A stretch of DNA of 64,000 nucleotides from Clostridiaceae bacterium (GCA_021769555.1 JAETSR010000007.1:32017-96016); one strand, 5' to 3'; shown: positions 47,692 through 58,157, counted from the stretch's first letter. Program-made: numbers and translations. Notes: generated by a model not told the origin, from the sequence alone.

Positions 47692-48207
47692 CTATGCTCC
47701 AAAGTAGCGCTCTAGCCACTCTTGTAACTTGTTTTCTGCCTCTGTCTGGAACATCTTCTCGTATATCCGAAGGGCGCTTTCAAAGTAGTGCGCTCCTTCT
47801 ACCCAATGCTGTTTCAGCAGCATTCCGGTTTTGGCCGATGGGTCGTAAATGAAGCGGTCTCCTTCCCAATACCCTGGCACCCAGCGGCGCTGTACGCCTT
47901 TGGGGTTTGTCCAGTGGCCGTCATTTACATAGCCTGCGTACTCCACATTTGTGCCGACCTCTAATGTCAGGTCGCCGTCCGAAAGCTCCCACACGTTGCC
48001 GCCGTCGCCTTTGGTAAAGCTGTTCAGTAGCAGGCGGGTGTCCAAGACTTTGCGGCGCACGATTTCATCTTGAACTACCCGAAGAAAATCGGTGCCGACG
48101 GCCTCGAGCCATTCTTCCATATCCTTTTTGAAGTCCCCTTTGGCGGCCCTCTCCATGCTTTGGAAGAACTCGCGTATCTCGCTCATATCAAATTCAACAG
48201 TAGCCAC
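47692..48207 (-). CDS. HK97 gp10-family neck protein
   Basis: LDTRLLLNSF, VGTNVEYAGYVNDGH. Confidence 0.85.
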   Translation of the reverse strand: MATVEFDMSEIREFFQSMERAAKGDFKKDMEEWLEAVGTDFLRVVQDEIVRRKVLDTRLLLNSFTKGDGGNVWELSDGDLTLEVGTNVEYAGYVNDGHWTNPKGVQRRWVPGYWEGDRFIYDPSAKTGMLLKQHWVEGAHYFESALRIYEKMFQTEAENKLQEWLERYFGA

Positions 48208-48572
48208 TAAAGGTGCCGCTCCTCTCCTATCTTCTTGATGAACACAAAAAGGTGGTGATTTCGGACGTTGACCGGCTGCTCTGCTGTATACTCCTCGCCG
48301 GTGCTGCAGTCGATGATTTTGTCGTTGAGCCGCACGTCTGTTCCGATGGGGAGAGTGAGCTTGATTTTCGCGTCCATGAGGTTTGCGGGGGCTGTCTGGG
48401 TTATGGTGACACTACGGGTTTTTATCCCAAAATGGCAGCGCTGTCCGCTAATATCCGGTTCCTCTGGGTAAGAGAATGAAGGGGAAGGGGCCAGCCCGTA
48501 GCCCGGGCTGGCCGTTCCTCCGATGATGTGATAAATATTGCAGGTGTGATTCAAAAGGCTCTCCAGGCTCAT
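48207..48572 (-). CDS. Head closure protein (XkdH/DUF3599-like)
   Basis: MSLESLLNHTCNIYH; synteny. Confidence 0.75.
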   Translation of the reverse strand: MSLESLLNHTCNIYHIIGGTASPGYGLAPSPSFSYPEEPDISGQRCHFGIKTRSVTITQTAPANLMDAKIKLTLPIGTDVRLNDKIIDCSTGEEYTAEQPVNVRNHHLFVFIKKIGEERHL

Positions 48573-48582
48573 ACTGTTCCTC

Positions 48583-48984
48583 CTATAGCTTTCTCATGCG
48601 GAGTGTCACCCCGTTTCGCGGTTCCGCTATCACATAGTCGTCCAGCAGGGCCGCGAGGTCGAGGGCGTCCACGAGCTCGGAGAATGAAGAATCCCCGGCG
48701 GTATAGGCGTAGTCGTCAAATGTTTCGGACTTGAAAGCGCCGCCCCCTGTTTTCACCATGAGGTGCGCATGAGAGGCATATGCCTCAGCCAGTAGGATAA
48801 CGGCGGTTTTTACGGGGGCCGGAACTTCTTCGTACTTCTCGAATCGGTTGTGAGTGTATGTGATAACATACTGCTCTGCCCTAGCAATGTCCACTTCCAG
48901 TCGCGCGGTGGAGCGGTCTTGGACTGCTGGTAGCTCGGAGTAGTCTTTCACTTCCTGGGGGTTCACCCACGGCCTCTCTGCCAT
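48583..48984 (-). CDS. Head-tail connector (YqbG/DUF3199-like)
   Basis: WVNPQEVKDYS, FKSETFDDYAYT. Confidence 0.75.
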   Translation of the reverse strand: MAERPWVNPQEVKDYSELPAVQDRSTARLEVDIARAEQYVITYTHNRFEKYEEVPAPVKTAVILLAEAYASHAHLMVKTGGGAFKSETFDDYAYTAGDSSFSELVDALDLAALLDDYVIAEPRNGVTLRMRKL

Positions 48985-48999
48985 ACTTGTCCCCCTCGC

Positions 49000-49548
49000 T
49001 TACTGCTCCTGCAGCTCCACCATTGTCGGGCTGCCGTAGTCAACTTCGTTCTCGGTCTCCTCTGCGCCCAGGGCCTCTTTGAGTGCGGCAATGATGTTGT
49101 CCTTGCCGCGCACTCCCTTGAGGCTGACGCCCTTATAGGTGGCGAAGGTCTCAAGCTCGGAGACCGTCATTTTGTCCAGGGTTTTTCCGGGAGAGCTGCC
49201 CTGGGCAATTTCCTCGTCAGTAGGAGGGTCGTACTCGATAGTTTCTGCCGCGACCCTTTCGGCGAGTTCTTTGTGAGAGAGACCGGTCGCGTCAACCCCC
49301 ATGTCAGCGGCGAGCTTTTTAAGTTCATCGTTGTCCATGTCCTCAAGAAATACCTTGTCGAGGTGGCCTGTCCGCCTGGAAGGTAACACTTCCTGCTCCT
49401 CGCTGACTGAGACCAGCTTGAAATAGCCGGAGGCCAGCGCTGCATTGGCGCTGGCCTCGTCCTCGACATAGACATCCGGGTTCTTCTTTGTGGCCTTTAT
49501 GCCTCCCCCGTAGTAGGAGAGGCCCTTGCTGAGTTTCAAGTGATACAT
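49000..49548 (-). CDS. YqbF-like protein with HeH/Rho-N-like repeats
   Basis: MYHLKLSKGLSY; two short helical repeats (LDKMTVSELETFA...KDNIIAAL). Confidence 0.6.
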   Translation of the reverse strand: MYHLKLSKGLSYYGGGIKATKKNPDVYVEDEASANAALASGYFKLVSVSEEQEVLPSRRTGHLDKVFLEDMDNDELKKLAADMGVDATGLSHKELAERVAAETIEYDPPTDEEIAQGSSPGKTLDKMTVSELETFATYKGVSLKGVRGKDNIIAALKEALGAEETENEVDYGSPTMVELQEQ

Positions 49549-49560
49549 TGCTGCTCCTCC

Positions 49561-50625
49561 TTACGCGACGTGCGGCAGGCCCTTGATGATTGCAGTAGCG
49601 TCCAGCTCCTCCACAATGGGGTCGTAGTCATAGTGAACGACATAGAATCTCTTGTCCTGCATGATGGCCTCTTTGCCCTCGGTGGTCTTGCGAATCTGGA
49701 CGCTATAGGTGTTGACCACAATGAGGTTTTTGGGGTCGCTCAGGAGGATGGTGTCATCGTCGAGGGAAGGGCACTCGACGGCGGGAATACGGGCGGGGGC
49801 AGTATAGACATTCTCGGGGACGACGCCGCCCTGTCCAATCACCTGATTCAGCAGGAACAGTTCCCACTCCTGGGCCCGCTTGGGAGACATGAGCCACCGC
49901 AGCTTGCCGTTGTTGTACTTGTTCGGGAGCTGCTGCAGCGCCTTGTAGAAAATGTCGAGCTTCATGCTGGTAGCAGAGGAGGCGTCATAAACATGGCCGC
50001 CCTCGGAAATCTGCTTAATCCACCCATCGTTGATTTTGAGAAAATCGGCGTCGTCCTGCGTGCCGAACTCCTCCACGTCGCTTGCACTGAAAGCTCCTGC
50101 CGCATGGGCGGCTGTGAATTTGTAGAGCTTGCCGTCATAGATAACCTCGTCACCTTTGCTATACGCAGTAGAGGCGCTGAAAGCCGGGATTTTCGCCATA
50201 GCTTCGTCACCATTGAGGTACAAGTCCTCATTGTCAATGCCGAGCTGTGTCGTCATAAGATTGGTGACGATGGTCTCGAAGTTCTGCCCCTCGATGTTCT
50301 CGCGCAGCGTCTCCTCGGTGATTTCCCAGGGCAGGCGGACGGCAGTTGTAGCGTACTCGATCTGCCCGGTCTCCACGCTTGCGCGGTAGCCGTCGTCGGT
50401 GTTCTCAGTCTTCTTACGGACAATCCGGCGGGCAATGCCAATTTTGTCTATCTCGCCGGTCTTGGCCGTCCGCATTTCATGGCGGACAAGAGGCCCCAGG
50501 TTGGTAGCCTCAAAGGTCTGCTGGATAAACTTCTTGGCCTGCTCCGGGTTCAGCAGGCCAGAGCTCAGGGTAGCCGTCTGGATGGCGTCATTGGCTGCCC
50601 TCTGAACAATGTCTCTGTTTTTCAT
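49561..50625 (-). CDS. Major capsid protein (XkdG-like) with CBM-like insertion
   Basis: GLLNPEQAKKFI, ITEETLRENIE, DLYLNGD; start MKNRDIV with GGAGG SD. Confidence 0.9.
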   Translation of the reverse strand: MKNRDIVQRAANDAIQTATLSSGLLNPEQAKKFIQQTFEATNLGPLVRHEMRTAKTGEIDKIGIARRIVRKKTENTDDGYRASVETGQIEYATTAVRLPWEITEETLRENIEGQNFETIVTNLMTTQLGIDNEDLYLNGDEAMAKIPAFSASTAYSKGDEVIYDGKLYKFTAAHAAGAFSASDVEEFGTQDDADFLKINDGWIKQISEGGHVYDASSATSMKLDIFYKALQQLPNKYNNGKLRWLMSPKRAQEWELFLLNQVIGQGGVVPENVYTAPARIPAVECPSLDDDTILLSDPKNLIVVNTYSVQIRKTTEGKEAIMQDKRFYVVHYDYDPIVEELDATAIIKGLPHVA

Positions 50626-50644
50626 GGTGTGCTCCTCCTTTTGA

Positions 50645-52018
50645 TTAAAGAATACCGTGAAGGTAATGCTGCTCGCCAGTGGATTTCTCCACAGTGCCGT
50701 CGGCGTTGAGGTTGCTAGGCAGACCCCTGGCCTTGAGTACCGGGTCAACCGCCTTAGCGACGGCAGATGTAATCATGTCCTGCACCTGCTCTACGGTCAC
50801 CTGCTCCTGCTGGGGTTCTCTGGCTTTGGCAATAGCCTCCTCCACCATCTTCGTAATGGCCTCCGGGGTAATGGCCTCCGGGGCGGGAGCAGGTTCTGCG
50901 GCCTTAGCTACCGGCTCGGTGGCTGCGGGCTGGGCCTGCGGCTCAGTGGGGCCCATAGCCTTAGAAATGGCCTCGTCCACAATCTTCTGAACTTCGCTTT
51001 TTGTCACGTCTTTGTCCTCCTTCTTTTCGGTGGCGTTATCATCGTCCTCGGTGCCCTCGGAAGTTTCCCCGTCCTTTTTCTTGTCGGGGTCGTCGTCGGG
51101 CTCCGGGTCGTCGAACTCTTTAAGGAAAGCTCCAAGGCTTTCGTAAATGCCCTGCAAGGTTTCTTTGTTCTTGCAGCTCATTTTCTTTCCAGCCTTTGCA
51201 ACTTGCTCTGGCCGGTCTGTGTGAATGGCTTTTGTGATACTCTCATTGCTGACGAGAACGTCTGCAATGATGGTGCTGAAATCCTCGAGGCACTCTCGCA
51301 CCTTGGCTTCGTCATTCTCATACTGCCAATTTCCCGTGTATGGGTCGTAGTGCTGTAGGGTTTCCTGGAGGGAATAGAAAGCGTCCCAAAACAGGTCACC
51401 CTTGCTGCGCTCCGCGAAAAGCTCTGCAACGGTTCCCTTTTCCACTACGCTGAATCCCAGTGCTGTGGCAATCTGTTTGAGCAAGCCTTTCTTTTCTCCG
51501 GCCTGCTGTTTGTTTACGTCTTCCAAGTTCACGTCCTCCTCGCTGTAATTTCCAATACCGCCCATAGAAAAGCCGGTAATGTCGCCTTTCTCAATGCCAG
51601 CCCAGATTTCGGGGTCGGTGACTTCTACTGTCATTAGCCATGTGCCTTTCCGAATGGCCTCGTCCTCGATTTCAAAGTCTGCCTTGGCTACCCAAGTCTC
51701 GACGACGGAGGCTCCTTCCAGCGGCTCGAAACTGTGCTGCAGGTCTACCTTGTCGCCGTTTTTGGCGTACCAGTAGGCTGCCTTGATGATTTCCTCCTCG
51801 GTCATGTAGTTGCCCTGGCTGTCTTCGGCCATTGGCTCGTACACTATCCCGGTAACATAATGGCTTTCAGCGTCGGCCTTGACGATTCTCCCATAGGTGG
51901 TAAACGCTGCTTTTCCATCCTCAGCCTTTTTCACCAGAAATTTTCTGAGGTTGGCGGCAGCGTCAACGAGGGAGACAAACTGTATTTTCGCGTCTGTGAT
52001 TTCATATGCCTTTTCCAT
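50645..52018 (-). CDS. XkdF-like prohead protease/scaffold
   Basis: FVSLVDAAAN, VTGIVYEP, GTWLMTV, ITGFSMGG; acidic/Pro-Ala C-terminus. Confidence 0.85.
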   Translation of the reverse strand: MEKAYEITDAKIQFVSLVDAAANLRKFLVKKAEDGKAAFTTYGRIVKADAESHYVTGIVYEPMAEDSQGNYMTEEEIIKAAYWYAKNGDKVDLQHSFEPLEGASVVETWVAKADFEIEDEAIRKGTWLMTVEVTDPEIWAGIEKGDITGFSMGGIGNYSEEDVNLEDVNKQQAGEKKGLLKQIATALGFSVVEKGTVAELFAERSKGDLFWDAFYSLQETLQHYDPYTGNWQYENDEAKVRECLEDFSTIIADVLVSNESITKAIHTDRPEQVAKAGKKMSCKNKETLQGIYESLGAFLKEFDDPEPDDDPDKKKDGETSEGTEDDDNATEKKEDKDVTKSEVQKIVDEAISKAMGPTEPQAQPAATEPVAKAAEPAPAPEAITPEAITKMVEEAIAKAREPQQEQVTVEQVQDMITSAVAKAVDPVLKARGLPSNLNADGTVEKSTGEQHYLHGIL

Positions 52019-52211
52019 TCTTTTTCTCAAGTGTCTTCTCACCTCCTTTCGCGGGTCTTGAGAAAATATAAAAAGCAGCGTTTCCGCTGCTCTCTACCTT
52101 GTGTATCAATTTCGTGGTGCCGCGAAATTGTCCTGAGAGGCCGTCAGAAGCCCTCGCACTTGCTAGGTATAGTTTCTCCTTGGTAACCGGTTTGAGGCCA
52201 TGAGTGGCACT

Positions 52212-52436
52212 CTAGCGGTCGTGAGCGCTATTGAGCGGGCAGTCTTCCCGCTCAATTATCACGATACCCTGCGGCAGTTCAATTTCAATATTGGGCTCAT
52301 GAATGGTAAGCCGCAGCTCCGGGATTTCACCACCCTTTTGATTGAGGGAAAACTCGGAAACATAGGCAGCTAACTCTACCCCGTCAATTTTTAAGGATGT
52401 TGCTACTCCACGTTCGTCCTGCTTTATCTGTATCAC
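52212..52436 (-). CDS. Small hypothetical protein
   Basis: 74-aa ORF directly after MuF. Confidence 0.55.
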   Translation of the reverse strand: MIQIKQDERGVATSLKIDGVELAAYVSEFSLNQKGGEIPELRLTIHEPNIEIELPQGIVIIEREDCPLNSAHDR

Positions 52437-52439
52437 GGT

Positions 52440-53408
52440 TTATTCCTCCTCGATTCCTGCCTTGGCCCGGTTTCTGGCGTCCAGCTCTTTCTCCCACTCG
52501 TCGTCCATTTCGTCGATTGCCTCCTGCTGGAGCCTTTTGCGCTCCTCAAGGGAAAGTCCAAGAATCTCCTCGCTGACTTTCGGCTGGGAGTTGCAGTGGC
52601 AGTTGATACTCTCCTCTGGTGGTAGATTGGGGTCGCGGGGGTACATGGGATAATAGGTAGTACCATCTGCTCCCACCAGCTCATAGGGCTTGTCAACCGG
52701 GACAGACTGGCCGTCCATATCAACGTGATTCTGGCGAGGCTCATTCCTATATGCCCCCGTGTGCTGCCATATTTTCCCAACGACCACAGGCGACTGCATA
52801 TATGCCTCCTGCTGGGCTACACTGTGAGCCCGCAACACCTCTGTAAGGGCGGCCCTCCGGGCCTTGTAGTATTCGTCCCGTATGCCGCTGTCCAGAATAG
52901 CGCGGGTAAACTCTGCTATCCCGTCGCCGTTTTCCAGTCCCTTCTCAAGGATAGCCTCTATTTCTTTGTGACTGTTAAGCTGCATGAGGTCTCCAAGTTG
53001 TTCACTCCACGATTTTACCCAGGCCGTGGTGCGCTTGGAGAGGGTCGTAAGTTTTAGCTCGCGGTCGGTTCTCTCGATGTAGTACCCAACGTACTCGGGG
53101 AGAAATTCCCCCAGCTTGTCGGTGAAGACCGTGGTGAGCTTTTCTTTAGCTGCGTCGTTTATCTTGACATTGGGCCAGACATCAGCAGCGAAGGTTTCTA
53201 GGTCAACCGCTTTTTCTGCCTCTGAGAGGAAATAGTCGGTTTCAGCTACCAGGGCCTCTGCCACCTCGTCTTCAATCGCCTGGGCGTATTTCACGGTCTT
53301 CTTAGGCTTGGCGTACCCTTCCGCCTCTAGTACATCCGCTAGGTCGTCGTCGGCCTTTTGGATATATGCGTCGATTGCTTTTAGGAGCGGCCCACATTGC
53401 AAACACAT
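52440..53408 (-). CDS. MuF-family minor head protein
   Basis: ARRAALTEVLRA, KIWQH, RQNHVDMDGQ, ESINCHC. Confidence 0.88.
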   Translation of the reverse strand: MCLQCGPLLKAIDAYIQKADDDLADVLEAEGYAKPKKTVKYAQAIEDEVAEALVAETDYFLSEAEKAVDLETFAADVWPNVKINDAAKEKLTTVFTDKLGEFLPEYVGYYIERTDRELKLTTLSKRTTAWVKSWSEQLGDLMQLNSHKEIEAILEKGLENGDGIAEFTRAILDSGIRDEYYKARRAALTEVLRAHSVAQQEAYMQSPVVVGKIWQHTGAYRNEPRQNHVDMDGQSVPVDKPYELVGADGTTYYPMYPRDPNLPPEESINCHCNSQPKVSEEILGLSLEERKRLQQEAIDEMDDEWEKELDARNRAKAGIEEE

Positions 53409-53410
53409 AA

Positions 53411-54967
53411 TTATTCCCCCTTGTCAATATCTAGGAGGAGTTTTTTTACTTCTTTCATCACGGCTACTACGGCGTCGTCCCGGTTGCTGGCGGCCTTTTC
53501 AATCTGCTGCTGCAGGCTCATAGTGAGGTTTCCAAAGTCCAACCCCGCGCTGCTCTGGCTCTTGCTATAGGCCAGCGGGATGTCTCCCCACTCCTCTGGA
53601 TAGTCCTCGGAAACCTCTCCAATAGCGCTCAGGAGAATCTGCTTGGCCTTGTTGGGTGTAAGACCGCCTGCGTTGTTACAGACGGTAAGAATTTTCACGA
53701 GGTCGTCCGGGTTGCTGATGTCCGGCTCGAGGAAGTATGCCTCCACATACTTGAACTGGTAGCCATTCAGCAGCCGGTTATTGACCGCCCAGGCAAGGCT
53801 CCTGCGCTCAGGCTGGAATACCTGCTCCTCTGTGACCTCCTGCGCTGTCTGGGCTGTTGCGCGGTTAAAGTCGGTAGTGTAGCCCACATAGAGGTCTGGG
53901 AGCTGAAAAGCAGACTGTACCTTTCGGCGGTTATTGTCCAGGTAGCCTTGGAAAAGTTCATCCTTTTGGAGTATGCTTGCAAGGTCTTTGATTTCGACCT
54001 TTGGCTTGTCCTGCTGGTCAAAGTCTGTCCGGGCGTCGGTCGCCTCTGTTTCCAGAATGATAAAAGCGTGTTGTCCGGCCTCTCCTTTGATTTCGTCCAT
54101 GTAGTGCTGTAGTTTCTCGTAGCTCTCGTCGGTGAGGGTTCCGCCCTCTACCATAATGAGCAGCGGCGTGTGTCTCCCGTTCCGGAAGTAGTTGTTATTG
54201 AGGTTTTCAGCCCTCCGGCTGCCGTCTACACCGAGAATCTGGCCTATCCAGCGGACGGTGCCGTATGGCTTAGTGCCGATAGCAAACTCCATAATCTCGT
54301 TTGCCTGATATGTTAATTCCAGCGTCTGCCCGTCTTCCAGGTACTTGCCATCCCGCATATCCATAATGCGAGGGTCGCCAAACTCCCTAAAATAGACGGT
54401 CTTCCCGCCTACATCCTGCTTATACTTGCAGAATTTCTTTTGGAAGACCTGAGCTTGGCCGTGATGATAGTATGTGGTGGAGACATAGGGCTCTAAAGGC
54501 CGGGTCTTTTGTATACTGGGGGTCTCTTTGAGAAATTCAATCTGGGTGACCTCTCCTATCGCATTGCGTATAACCTCAATGTAAGAAATGCCGTATGTCT
54601 CCCGGGCTTCGATGATGTCCTCAAACACCTCTTTGGTGTCCTGCTCGATGTTCAACAGCTCGATAATCTCCTGGGCCCTCTGGAACTCTGCGGCCATTTC
54701 CGGCGTTTCCTCGACGTCCTCTATGTATCTTACGCCGATACCAAACCCGGCAATATTGTTCTTATAGGCCCGTATGCACTGGGGAAGGATGGTGCTATTC
54801 TCCACCAATGCTTCAAGCCCCAGCATATCGTTTACGGGGGTTATCCAATCCCCTGCGTTGCGTGCCTCCTGAGTGGTGATTTGGGTTGGAGTTTCTGCTT
54901 TCTGTACGGGGGCCTGCTGCCTCTCCTTGATAACTCGTACCTGCATAGCTGCTTTGGCTTTAGGCAC
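53411..54967 (-). CDS. Portal protein
   Basis: YFRNGRHTP, FNRATAQTA, VFQPER; follows the terminase. Confidence 0.9.
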   Translation of the reverse strand: MPKAKAAMQVRVIKERQQAPVQKAETPTQITTQEARNAGDWITPVNDMLGLEALVENSTILPQCIRAYKNNIAGFGIGVRYIEDVEETPEMAAEFQRAQEIIELLNIEQDTKEVFEDIIEARETYGISYIEVIRNAIGEVTQIEFLKETPSIQKTRPLEPYVSTTYYHHGQAQVFQKKFCKYKQDVGGKTVYFREFGDPRIMDMRDGKYLEDGQTLELTYQANEIMEFAIGTKPYGTVRWIGQILGVDGSRRAENLNNNYFRNGRHTPLLIMVEGGTLTDESYEKLQHYMDEIKGEAGQHAFIILETEATDARTDFDQQDKPKVEIKDLASILQKDELFQGYLDNNRRKVQSAFQLPDLYVGYTTDFNRATAQTAQEVTEEQVFQPERRSLAWAVNNRLLNGYQFKYVEAYFLEPDISNPDDLVKILTVCNNAGGLTPNKAKQILLSAIGEVSEDYPEEWGDIPLAYSKSQSSAGLDFGNLTMSLQQQIEKAASNRDDAVVAVMKEVKKLLLDIDKGE

Positions 54968-56360
54968 TCTTTTTCACCCCTTTGCTTTTTGGCGGTTTTA
55001 CTGGCAAGCAGAGAAGCAAAACACAGTCGGCCTCGTCAGGGGAGGGCTGCCCGCGCTTCTTTACCTCTTTCTTGCTCTCTATTTTTATCTTGCTGGCCTC
55101 TGTGAGCTCGTACTTGCGCCCGGAAAGCTGGGCCACCAGGTCGTCGTCGTCCGGCAGTATGAGCTCTACTGGCTTTTTATTGCCCTCCTCGTCGAAGGGC
55201 TGCAGGAGCTTCTTTACCACCGACATCATGTAGGTGGTGCTGTCGTGGTAATATTTGTGCTTGATTCGCTGGCCGAACTTGACCGGGTATACCTCAAGCC
55301 ACCAGAAACGCTCCGGGTCACCTCTCTTGACCTGTCGGAGGCGGTCAACGACGCCTCCACCCACGCCCCCGTCGTCTACCTTAACCGGTATGGGGCTGGT
55401 GAGCTTGTAGCGCCGCACTAGCTCCTCTCCGAGCAGGATAATGTCGTCTGCGGTCTTCATGGTGTCCTGCCCCTGGCGCTTTTTGTGGAATTGGGCCTGC
55501 TCGTCTACCTTGTAGCCGATAACGGTCTTGTCGTCTCCGAACCGGGCGACGTCGCACCCAATATGTACGAGGTGCGGCTCCGGGCGGGGGACATATTCCG
55601 TGTGGATTGACCGTTCCACCAGAGATATTGGGATAAATATATCGTCTTCCTGCAAGGGAAACTCCCCGGCGACACGGACGCGGAACACGTCGCTGTCTTC
55701 CCCGTACATCTGGATGATGGTGTTGACAAAATCTTGCGGCACCCGGGCGCTTTTCCTGCCATCTATGTGAAATCTAGCGTAGTTGGCGCGGTTCTTGTTA
55801 TGGCTGTCGTAGAAGAATCCCGAAAGCTGCGTAGGGTTCCCGCACATAAGCAGTCTGGCCCCTGGCGTGGATAGTGCGCCCAGAACGGGCTCGAATATGC
55901 TGTCTGCCACGCCGCTGGCCTCGTCGATGATAAATAAAAGGTCTTCCGCATGAAAACCTTGGAGTGCGTCGGGCTTGCTGGCCGTTCGGGCGACGGCAAA
56001 CCATTCCTCCGGGTACCCTTTCATATAGACCTTCTCTTTGGTCCATACCAGCTCATTGGCAAGGGCCGGATTGCTACGCATCCACTTGCTGACCTCAGCC
56101 CAGAGGATGTCGAATAGCTGGTGTTGCGTCGGGGCGGTGCAGGGTATCTTTGGAAATGGGCGGGTTGCCAAAAACCAAATTATCGTCCATGCCTCGACTG
56201 CGCTCTTTCCGACGCCGTGGCCGCTCCTCACGGTCGTCATGGGATTGGCGGCCACGCTACGGAGAATTCTCGCTTGGTCTTGGTCTGGGGTGGCCCCTAT
56301 GATGTCCTCCACAAACTCCACCGGGTGCTCGGCGTAGTAAAATACGGCCTCCTCGTCCAT
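54960..56360 (-). CDS. Terminase large subunit
   Basis: RSGHGVGKS, IIDEASG, GNPT, GCDVARFGDDKT, SPDEAD. Confidence 0.95.
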   Translation of the reverse strand: MDEEAVFYYAEHPVEFVEDIIGATPDQDQARILRSVAANPMTTVRSGHGVGKSAVEAWTIIWFLATRPFPKIPCTAPTQHQLFDILWAEVSKWMRSNPALANELVWTKEKVYMKGYPEEWFAVARTASKPDALQGFHAEDLLFIIDEASGVADSIFEPVLGALSTPGARLLMCGNPTQLSGFFYDSHNKNRANYARFHIDGRKSARVPQDFVNTIIQMYGEDSDVFRVRVAGEFPLQEDDIFIPISLVERSIHTEYVPRPEPHLVHIGCDVARFGDDKTVIGYKVDEQAQFHKKRQGQDTMKTADDIILLGEELVRRYKLTSPIPVKVDDGGVGGGVVDRLRQVKRGDPERFWWLEVYPVKFGQRIKHKYYHDSTTYMMSVVKKLLQPFDEEGNKKPVELILPDDDDLVAQLSGRKYELTEASKIKIESKKEVKKRGQPSPDEADCVLLLCLPVKPPKSKGVKKSA

Positions 56361-56365
56361 CAGGT

Positions 56366-56860
56366 TTACTCTCCCATCCGCCTCTTGTATGCTGATACTA
56401 TGGTCTCTGCCAGACTAGATGTCTGCGTGTCGTCCCTGGGGGCTGCTGCGGCCTCGTCTTTTTGTACTTCCCTTTCGAGGCGTATACCCTCAGTGATAAA
56501 TCGCAGAATGTCTTTGGGCTCCATGTCTTCTATGTCCAGATTGTTCAAGGCCTCGACGGCCTTTTTTTGCAGGAAAACGGCGGTTTTAAGCTGCCGTTCC
56601 CGCGCTTTCTTGATTTCCTGCTGTTTGGCTGCGAACTCTTTCCGCTGCAGCTCTGTATCGTATTCACGGCTCCTCTGCTGCCAGTTCCATGTGCTGCTCC
56701 ACCGGCTTATCAAAGTGTTGCTTTTGCCTAACTTTTGCGCAACTTTCCGTAAACTGCGCTCAGAGCCCATTTCAAGGTAGAGGTAAAACGCCTCATAGGC
56801 CGGTGGGCTCTCCTTTGGCTGGCGCTCCCAGGGCTTTTCAGTCTTACTTTGTCTCGCCAT
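56366..56860 (-). CDS. Terminase small subunit
   Basis: WERQPKES...RSLRKVA HTH; precedes TerL. Confidence 0.8.
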   Translation of the reverse strand: MARQSKTEKPWERQPKESPPAYEAFYLYLEMGSERSLRKVAQKLGKSNTLISRWSSTWNWQQRSREYDTELQRKEFAAKQQEIKKARERQLKTAVFLQKKAVEALNNLDIEDMEPKDILRFITEGIRLEREVQKDEAAAAPRDDTQTSSLAETIVSAYKRRMGE

Positions 56861-58145
56861 TTCCCCCCTCTCCTTTTAGCGCAAATTTATATACTATGTC
56901 GCCGTTTGCGTCTCTCCCTATGGGCCGTAGGATTCCTCCATAGCCTTTGGCTGGGCTGGTACCCTTGCTGGGGGTGTTCCAGTTATCCCGGAGGAACTGC
57001 GCCATAGTAGTGTCGTAGTTGAGGGCTCGGGCCTTATTGCTGCCGGTGTTGTAACCGGCTGCTCCGCACCAGGGGAAGGAAAAGTAGCGGTCTATGCCCT
57101 CTTGGATGTCAGAGAAGTGTACCTCCCCTTTCTCTCTGGCTGTTATTATCGCCTGCCCTATATTGCCCTGCTGGCTGACGCCCCACTCCGGGGGGACGCC
57201 GCAGCAGTTGCAAGCGTCGTTACACTCGCGGCAAAATGCGTCGCTGACGTGGAAACGCATACCAAGGCTGTGGACGTACTCCCGCATTTCATGGATGATG
57301 GGGGCCTTGATTGCTCTGTTCAGCCTTTTGTACCCATGCTGCTTGCTGTTCTCCATGTAATATTTGTGGATGTCGAAGCCGCAAACTTTGCTCATTTCGG
57401 CGTACCTCTTTTTGAGGTTGTCGTCCGCTCTGGCCTCCATGCAGAAAAACTCTGTGGTAACACTGTCGGCTCCTGCCTCTTTTGCCATGCTGATAAGCTG
57501 CTTGAAGTCGGAGGACACGCCTATGATAAAAGGCCGGAGCCGGAGCGTAACGTGTACGCCTATGTCTGCGAGCCTCTTTATAGCTGCTATTCTCTCCTCC
57601 GGGGAGGGAACACCCTTTTCAATCCTCCTGGCCTTTTCCTTGTCGGCGGTGATGATGGATATTTTGACGTGCCAGTTGTGGGTATGCCTGCGGAAAAGTG
57701 TCATGTACCGCTCGTCCTCAGTCCACCACGCCGCCTTTGTGCTGAATGATAGGGGATAGTCTATCTTGTCAAAGTAACGCAGTAGCTCCAAGGTCACGCC
57801 ATGCCTGCGTTCCCATTCGTCGAACTCGTCCGCGAGGCCGCCCCACTGCATGATACGCCGGTTCTGGATATATGGGAAGAATTGCAGCTCGCTTTTGGTG
57901 ACGCCTTGGCGATTGTTTTTGATAGCGTTCTCAAAGAGGGCTATAACCTTCTGAGGATTCACGCACCTGGGCTGCCCGTCAAGATATCCCTCTACAACAT
58001 GGCTCTTTTGGAAATAAGAAAAGCAGTAGAGGCAGTTGTAGGCGCATTTGCTGTAGGTGTCCATGCTCATAGGCATGGAGCAGTCCGGAATTTCCATGCT
58101 CCATCTGGGAGAGCTATAGTCCTGCTTTAATGGCTTTTTCTCCAT
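56844..58145 (-). CDS. Radical SAM protein (SPL-like)
   Basis: CAYNCLYC (CxxxCxxC). Confidence 0.88.
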   Translation of the reverse strand: MEKKPLKQDYSSPRWSMEIPDCSMPMSMDTYSKCAYNCLYCFSYFQKSHVVEGYLDGQPRCVNPQKVIALFENAIKNNRQGVTKSELQFFPYIQNRRIMQWGGLADEFDEWERRHGVTLELLRYFDKIDYPLSFSTKAAWWTEDERYMTLFRRHTHNWHVKISIITADKEKARRIEKGVPSPEERIAAIKRLADIGVHVTLRLRPFIIGVSSDFKQLISMAKEAGADSVTTEFFCMEARADDNLKKRYAEMSKVCGFDIHKYYMENSKQHGYKRLNRAIKAPIIHEMREYVHSLGMRFHVSDAFCRECNDACNCCGVPPEWGVSQQGNIGQAIITAREKGEVHFSDIQEGIDRYFSFPWCGAAGYNTGSNKARALNYDTTMAQFLRDNWNTPSKGTSPAKGYGGILRPIGRDANGDIVYKFALKGEGGNGETK

Positions 58146-58157
58146 TGCGCCGTCTCC

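Noticed and set aside
52040-52210. Structured intergenic RNA between MuF and the protease gene
   Set aside because: Only a terminator-like hairpin (AGCAGCG-TTTC-CGCTGCT) and weak stems; no recognisable motif
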